A stretch of DNA of 64,000 nt, from NCBI GenBank assembly GCA_046483125.1, contig JAWODU010000085.1, positions 1,430 through 65,429 of the forward strand, in the 5' to 3' direction. Made by a program: the position numbers and the translations under genes. Source of the stretch: Kiritimatiellia bacterium (GTDB lineage: Bacteria; Verrucomicrobiota; Kiritimatiellia; UBA8416; JAWODU01). Each line of letters starts with the position of its first letter. The stretch's first letter is position 1. Shown piece after piece: positions 58,817 to 64,000 of this stretch. Below the pieces are notes generated by a model. The model did not search any database. It saw only the letters and a program-made list of their open reading frames with translations, and was not told where the DNA came from.

Positions 58817-59824
58817 ATGACCGGTACGATAGGCGCTTTTCTCAACGGGCATGTCTGGATGGCATGGATCACGCTTCTCGTTTCTTTCGCGGTCCTGGCG
58901 AAATCGGCCGACATGTTTGTCGACGCTTCGGTCGCTCTTGCTGAAAAATTCAGAATACCCCGTCTTGTCATAGGCATTGTTCTCGTTTCCCTGGCAACCA
59001 CCGCCCCCGAACTCTCCGTGTCTCTTACCGCCGCGCTCCGTGGAAGTCCGGAAATGGCCCTGGGCAACGCTATCGGCTCGGTGATCTGCGACGACGGCCT
59101 CGCACTGCCTCTCCTGGCGATAATTTCGCCGGCGGCAATAGCTGTGATTCCCGCCGTTCTCAACAGTTCATTTCTCTTTCTCATCTCTATGGAAGTTCTC
59201 GCGTTCGCCTTCGTTATAGGCGACCACACCCTGGACCGGTGGGAAGGAGCCGCCCTCCTGATGCTTTTTGTGGTGTACATGGGTGTGCTTTTCAACAAAC
59301 ACAAACGCGGAGAACTCACCGAAACGCTTGATATTGATGAACTCACGGACATAGAACACGCTTCGTGCACGAAGATGTTTTCTTTCTTCGGCATCGGCCT
59401 TGCCGGTATCGTGGTATCGAGCCAGGCTATAGTTCTTTCGGCCCAGTCCGTGGCGCTCTCTTTCGGAATTCCCGAAGGTATCGTGGCCCTCACGCTTGTC
59501 GCCCTGGGCACGTCCATACCCGAAGTGGCAACCTGTGTGACAGCCGCCCGCAAACGCGAAGGCGCCGTGGCCGTGGGCAATATCATCGGGGCCGATGTTA
59601 TGAATATCTGCTGGGTGGCCGGCGCCTCGGCCGTGGCCAACCCCCTTACACTCACCGGAAAAGAACTGTTTTTCATGTTTCCCTCGATGTTCATAATAGT
59701 CGGGACAATGCTGGTTCTTCTGAGAACGGGTTACAGGCTGACCAGGGCCAAAGGGCTGGTCCTTCTCTCGCTTTACCTGCTTTACCTGGCTAGTTTCTTC
59801 GCCGTATTCAGACCCGAAACGTAG
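58817..59824 (+). CDS. Calcium/sodium antiporter (CaCA, YrbG-like)
   Basis: Two alpha repeats: VSLATTAPELSVS...GNAIGS and VALGTSIPEVAT...GNIIGAD. Confidence 0.92.
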   Translation: MTGTIGAFLNGHVWMAWITLLVSFAVLAKSADMFVDASVALAEKFRIPRLVIGIVLVSLATTAPELSVSLTAALRGSPEMALGNAIGSVICDDGLALPLLAIISPAAIAVIPAVLNSSFLFLISMEVLAFAFVIGDHTLDRWEGAALLMLFVVYMGVLFNKHKRGELTETLDIDELTDIEHASCTKMFSFFGIGLAGIVVSSQAIVLSAQSVALSFGIPEGIVALTLVALGTSIPEVATCVTAARKREGAVAVGNIIGADVMNICWVAGASAVANPLTLTGKELFFMFPSMFIIVGTMLVLLRTGYRLTRAKGLVLLSLYLLYLASFFAVFRPET

Positions 59825-59828
59825 CTCG

Positions 59829-60599
59829 CTACACTTCTATTTCCAAGCCGTCGTACGAAACGGAAATTCCGCCAGGAAGACTTTTTCCCGTCTCTTCATG
59901 GTCCAGGTCATGGCACATATGCGTAATGAATGAACGGCCGGCGCCGATTTCCTCAAGCAGTTTCACACTGGCTTCAAGGGTCAAGTGTGTTTTGTGCGGC
60001 CTGTGCCTCAACGCGTCCAGCACCATTACGTCGATGCCCCTGAACTTCGCCACTGTTTCCTCCGACATTTCGCGGCAATCCGGCACGTAGCCGAAACGCC
60101 GCCCCTCGGCGGAAAACAGAAAACCGAAAGTCGGCTTTGAGCCGTGATTCACGGGCAGGGGCTCGACGCCGATATTCCCGATACAAAACGAAGAAGACAC
60201 TTCCATGAACTCAAGCTGGGGGCGGTACATTCCTTCGACCTTGTCCAGTTCCACGTAATCAAAAACACGGCGCAGGTCTTCAGTCGCGGACAAGGAAGCG
60301 TATACCGGAATGGCGCAATTCTGAATAGTGTTGAACCTGCGAATGTCGTCCAGACCGAAAATATGGTCCGCGTGCGAGTGAGTAATCAGCACCGCGTCAA
60401 CGTGCCGAATTCCATATTCAAGCGCCTGCTCGCGGAAATCCGGCGGGGTATCAACTACCAGGTCCCGTTCTCCGGAAGTCAGGTATACGGCAGCCCGCCG
60501 CCGTCTGTTGCGCGGGTCGCAAGAAGTACAGACCGGGCAGTCACAGCCTATCATGGGCACTCCCACCGAAGTGCCGGTACCGAGAAAAAGCACTTTCAT
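59829..60599 (-). CDS. MBL-fold metallo-hydrolase (PhnP/YycJ-like)
   Basis: [35 protein letters not shown]. Confidence 0.93.
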   Translation of the reverse strand: MKVLFLGTGTSVGVPMIGCDCPVCTSCDPRNRRRRAAVYLTSGERDLVVDTPPDFREQALEYGIRHVDAVLITHSHADHIFGLDDIRRFNTIQNCAIPVYASLSATEDLRRVFDYVELDKVEGMYRPQLEFMEVSSSFCIGNIGVEPLPVNHGSKPTFGFLFSAEGRRFGYVPDCREMSEETVAKFRGIDVMVLDALRHRPHKTHLTLEASVKLLEEIGAGRSFITHMCHDLDHEETGKSLPGGISVSYDGLEIEV

Positions 60600-60623
60600 A
60601 CCGGTATCCGCACGGCATGCCCG

Positions 60624-62741
60624 TCAAGCGGCGATCAGGGCCAGCATCGGCGCAATCACCAGTGAGACAACGCTCATCAGCTTGATGAGGATATTGAGCG
60701 ATGGACCGGCGGTGTCCTTGAACGGATCGCCCACCGTGTCGCCGGTAACGGCCGCGGCGTGCGCGTCGGAGCCTTTGCCCCCGAAGGCGCCGCCTTCGAT
60801 ATACTTCTTGGCGTTGTCCCACGCGCCTCCCGCGTTGGCCATGAAGAGCGCCATCACCACGCCGGAAACAGTCACTCCGGCAAGCACCCCTCCCAGCATC
60901 TGCACGCCGGCCCTGGCGCCCCAGATGTAACTCCCTCCGAAGCCCACGATCACCGGCGTCAGAACGGCCAGGAGACCCGGCATGATCATCTGCTTGATTG
61001 CCGCGGCGGCGGATATGTCCACGCACCTGGCGTATTCGGCCTTGGTTTCGCCCTCAAGAAGTCCCCGGATTTCTCGGAACTGACGGCGAACCTCTTCTAT
61101 CATGGCGAAAGCGGCCCGTCCAACCGCCTGCATCGCGAAAGAAGAAAACAGGAAAGGCAGCATCGCCCCTATGAACAGGCCTGCCATCACAATCGGGTCC
61201 GTCACGTCGATGTTTACGACCGCAGCCGCCTCCGCCCAGCCCTCGTTAACGCGGATATTGTAGACCGTCTCGCGAAAAGCCGAAAACAGCGCCAGGGCGG
61301 TGAGCGCCGCCGAACCGATCGCGAAACCCTTGCCGATGGCGGCGGTAGTATTTCCTACCGCGTCCAGCTTGTCGGTTCGTTTTCTCACTTCCGGCCCGAG
61401 CTCGGCCATTTCCGCCAGGCCTCCCGCGTTGTCCGCTATGGGCCCGTAGGCGTCCACCGCAAGCTGTATGCCCGTTGTGGCAAGCATACCCAGGGCGGCG
61501 ATCGCTATGCCGTACAGACCCGCGAAATGAAATGCCACCAGAATCGCGGCGGCAATGCAAAGCACCGGCATTGCCGTAGAAGCCATTCCGTTGCCCAGCC
61601 CGGCAATGATATTAGTGGCCGCCCCGGTCTTCGAAGCCTCGGCTATTTTATGGGCCGGGGTGCGGTTTTCCGCGGTGTAATATTCCGTAAGCATGCCGAT
61701 GGCAACGCCGGCGGCAAGTCCGGCAATTGTGGCGAAGAAGATGCCGATCGGTTTGTAAACGGTACCGGCCAGCGTAAACTCTTCAGGCGCGAATCTCATT
61801 ACCAGCGGGTAGGTCAATCCCGCCATTACGACGGCCGCGGTGAACGTTCCAGCGTTCAGGGCCGTCTGCGGATTACCCCCTTCTCTTGTCCTGACCAGGA
61901 AAGAACCACCGATCGAAACGACGATTCCGATGCCGGCGAGCAGAAGCGGCAGCAAAACCAGGTTCAGGCTCCCGGCCGAGGCCCCAAGCACCATGGAAGC
62001 CACAATTGATCCGACATAAGACTCAAAGAGATCGGCTCCCATGCCGGCAACGTCGCCCACGTTATCGCCGACGTTGTCCGCTATGGTCGCCGGATTGCGA
62101 GGATCGTCCTCGGGTATTCCCGCCTCGACCTTGCCCACAAGATCCGCTCCCACGTCCGCGGCCTTTGTATAAATGCCGCCGCCGACGCGTGCGAACAGCG
62201 CGATTGATGAAGCGCCCATTGCGAAACCGTTCACTATCGGCAGAACCGTCCCCTTCAGCGCCTCTATCGTGTATCCGAACATGTGCGTATAGACCAGAAG
62301 CAGCGTCGCCAGCCCCACGATACCCAGTCCCACGACGCTCAGCCCCATCACCAGGCCGCCGGAAAAGGCAACCTTTAAAGCCTGCGTGAGTCCCTCGCGC
62401 GCCCGGTGCGTTGTTCTCATGTTGGCGCTTGTCGCCACGCGCATGCCGAAGAAACCCGCCGCTCCGGAGCACAGCGCTCCCGCGACAAACGACACGGCCA
62501 CCAGGCGCAGGTTGCCTTCGTTGCCGACCACCAGAAGCCCGGCCACGGCTATTACAAAAATGGCGAGCACCTTGTACTCGCGCGTCAGGAAAGCCATCGC
62601 GCCTTCTTTTATGGCCGCCCCGATCTCCTGCATTTTCTCCGTTCCAGGGTCCTGCCGCTTGATCCAGAACGATTTCCACACTGCAAAAACCAGCCCCAGA
62701 ACGCCGGCTCCGATTGCGCCGTACAATATCCACTCGTTCAC
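60624..62741 (-). CDS. hppA: K+-dependent membrane pyrophosphatase, probably Na+-translocating
   Basis: [49 protein letters not shown] (Ala, K+-dependent type), [14 protein letters not shown]. Confidence 0.95.
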   Translation of the reverse strand: MNEWILYGAIGAGVLGLVFAVWKSFWIKRQDPGTEKMQEIGAAIKEGAMAFLTREYKVLAIFVIAVAGLLVVGNEGNLRLVAVSFVAGALCSGAAGFFGMRVATSANMRTTHRAREGLTQALKVAFSGGLVMGLSVVGLGIVGLATLLLVYTHMFGYTIEALKGTVLPIVNGFAMGASSIALFARVGGGIYTKAADVGADLVGKVEAGIPEDDPRNPATIADNVGDNVGDVAGMGADLFESYVGSIVASMVLGASAGSLNLVLLPLLLAGIGIVVSIGGSFLVRTREGGNPQTALNAGTFTAAVVMAGLTYPLVMRFAPEEFTLAGTVYKPIGIFFATIAGLAAGVAIGMLTEYYTAENRTPAHKIAEASKTGAATNIIAGLGNGMASTAMPVLCIAAAILVAFHFAGLYGIAIAALGMLATTGIQLAVDAYGPIADNAGGLAEMAELGPEVRKRTDKLDAVGNTTAAIGKGFAIGSAALTALALFSAFRETVYNIRVNEGWAEAAAVVNIDVTDPIVMAGLFIGAMLPFLFSSFAMQAVGRAAFAMIEEVRRQFREIRGLLEGETKAEYARCVDISAAAAIKQMIMPGLLAVLTPVIVGFGGSYIWGARAGVQMLGGVLAGVTVSGVVMALFMANAGGAWDNAKKYIEGGAFGGKGSDAHAAAVTGDTVGDPFKDTAGPSLNILIKLMSVVSLVIAPMLALIAA

Positions 62742-62809
62742 TTCAGTCCTTCCTTTCCATGCGTTTACCGAATAAACGCATAATTACCTGTTCACACCTT
62801 CGGAATCAA

Positions 62810-63772
62810 TCATAAACCCGCCATGGCCGCGACATGACGCCCCGCCGCCGAGGCCATCGCCTCCAGATCGTAACCTCCCTCCAGCACCGAAATCAACCGG
62901 CCGCCGCAGTGCGTTTCGGCCGTTTTCAGAACAATCCGGGTCAATTCCGCAAAATCCTTCTCGTCCAGCACGAACCCGCCGATAGGATCTCTCTTCAGGC
63001 AGTCAAATCCGACGGACACAAATATGAAATCGGGTCTGAACTCTTCAGCCGCGGGCACGAGTTTTTCATTGAAAATCCGTATTATTTCACTGCCCCCACT
63101 GCCGGCTCCCAGGGGACAATTCAGCGTTGTGCCTTTTCCCCTGCCCGCTCCCGTCTCAGCCGCCGCTCCCGTGCCGGGGTATTGCGGCCACTGGTGCACG
63201 CTGAAATAAAACACGCTTTCGTCTTCGTAAAATATGTCCTGTGTCCCGTTGCCGTGGTGTACGTCCCAGTCCGCGATCATGACCTTTTCAACACCGTGTT
63301 TTTTCCGTGCGTAACGAGCCCCGATTGCCGCGTTGTTGAAAATGCAGAACCCCATGCCCCTGTTTCTCGTGGCGTGATGTCCCGGAGGACGCACGGCGCA
63401 GAACGCGTTACTCACGCGCCGGGCGATCACTGAATCCACCGCCTCGAGCACCCCGCCCGCGGCCAGAAGAGCTGTCTCAAAGGACTTTCCCGAAATCTCC
63501 GTGTCGCCTGTGCTGAGGACGCGCGCTCCCGCTTTGACGTCCCGTTTGACAATTTCCAGGTACGGGCCGGTATGGCAAAGCAGTATGTCGGACTCTTCGG
63601 CTTTTCTCGGCTCAATCAAGGTTCTTCTGTCCGCAGGCACGGCGGACTCGATTCCCCGCATAATCGCGCCGCATCTTGAGGGCGATTCCGGATGCCAGGG
63701 AGTCGGCGTGTGAAGCTTATAGGCCGGGCTGTAGACAATGCCGGTTTTATGATGTGGCAGTGGATATGTCAT
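62810..63772 (-). CDS. Histone deacetylase-family protein
   Basis: HPESPSR, RPPGHHA, GFCIFNN, DWDVHHGNGTQDIF, LEGGY. Start placed at ATG 63772, below the tRNA. Confidence 0.93.
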   Translation of the reverse strand: MTYPLPHHKTGIVYSPAYKLHTPTPWHPESPSRCGAIMRGIESAVPADRRTLIEPRKAEESDILLCHTGPYLEIVKRDVKAGARVLSTGDTEISGKSFETALLAAGGVLEAVDSVIARRVSNAFCAVRPPGHHATRNRGMGFCIFNNAAIGARYARKKHGVEKVMIADWDVHHGNGTQDIFYEDESVFYFSVHQWPQYPGTGAAAETGAGRGKGTTLNCPLGAGSGGSEIIRIFNEKLVPAAEEFRPDFIFVSVGFDCLKRDPIGGFVLDEKDFAELTRIVLKTAETHCGGRLISVLEGGYDLEAMASAAGRHVAAMAGL

Positions 63773-63781
63773 ACCGACGAA

Positions 63782-63855
63782 TGGCGGCGCAGGGATTCGA
63801 ACCCCGGACACGTGGATTATGATTCCACTGCTCTGACCGACTGAGCTACGCCGCC
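63782..63855 (-). tRNA. tRNA-Met (CAT), elongator type, CCA not encoded
   Basis: GGCGGCG acceptor stem, TAGCTCAGTCGGTCAGAGC D arm, GTGGA-ATCATAA-TCCAC anticodon arm, GTTCGAATC T loop. G1-C72 pair argues against initiator. Confidence 0.93.
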
Positions 63856-63964
63856 GTAAGCCTTTAGTTAAAGGGCTTTATGCAGTTTCCTGCATTTTCC
63901 GTTTGCGTGTTTGCTACGCATTTGCTACATTTTTCTCCCAAAGGCAAAGAAAGAGAAGTGAATT

Positions 63965-64000
63965 ATGCCCCGCACACGCAAGAAAACAAAAATGCAAACA
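63965..64000 (+). CDS. Start of an ORF running off the window (MPRTRKKTKMQT...), possibly an integrase
   Basis: ATG after a purine-rich SD-like tract, next to att-like sequence. Only 12 codons are visible. Confidence 0.3.
   Translation, partial: MPRTRKKTKMQT

Noticed and set aside
63773-63811. ORF-track start of the HDAC gene at 63811
   Set aside because: It would overlap the tRNA T-arm and acceptor stem. ATG 63772 was preferred.

Overview
Core-chromosome window of a moderately GC-rich bacterium, most likely PVC superphylum (Kiritimatiellota/Lentisphaerota/Verrucomicrobiota-like). This is inferred from the PVC-type L28 insertion, a Minf_1886-family protein, RNase HIII and Zn-ribbon orphans. 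Housekeeping content: coaBC 3' end, NSS transporter, mreBCD-mrdA-rodA, rpmB, leuS, HIT, M16 peptidase, a Cys/Met PLP enzyme, GT-C and GT9 glycosyltransferases, a Wza/Wzc/OM-barrel export trio, rnhC, M29 aminopeptidase, trpE-G-D-(C remnant)-[PAS-REC]-F-B-A, YggT, TatD, a Ca/Na antiporter, an MBL hydrolase, a K+-dependent membrane PPase, an HDAC-family protein and tRNA-Met. Four things stand out. (1) A dense family of non-coding modular repeats sits just after stop codons inside operons. It includes heptamer arrays, GACAGGAT-ended mini-elements, GTAG-type REPs, a ~360-nt structured element with compensatory base changes, and a ~97%-identical inverted 250-280 bp pair bracketing 7.9 kb. (2) An ECF sigma, a ZAS anti-sigma-vWA fusion and a giant 2191-aa internally duplicated surface protein form one co-oriented cluster. 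(3) trpC is reduced to a 3' remnant whose breakpoint is one of these repeat motifs. (4) A probable integrative-element boundary lies at tRNA-Met at the right edge. No transposase, CRISPR array or rRNA is visible. All family assignments come from motif recognition by eye; no searches were run.
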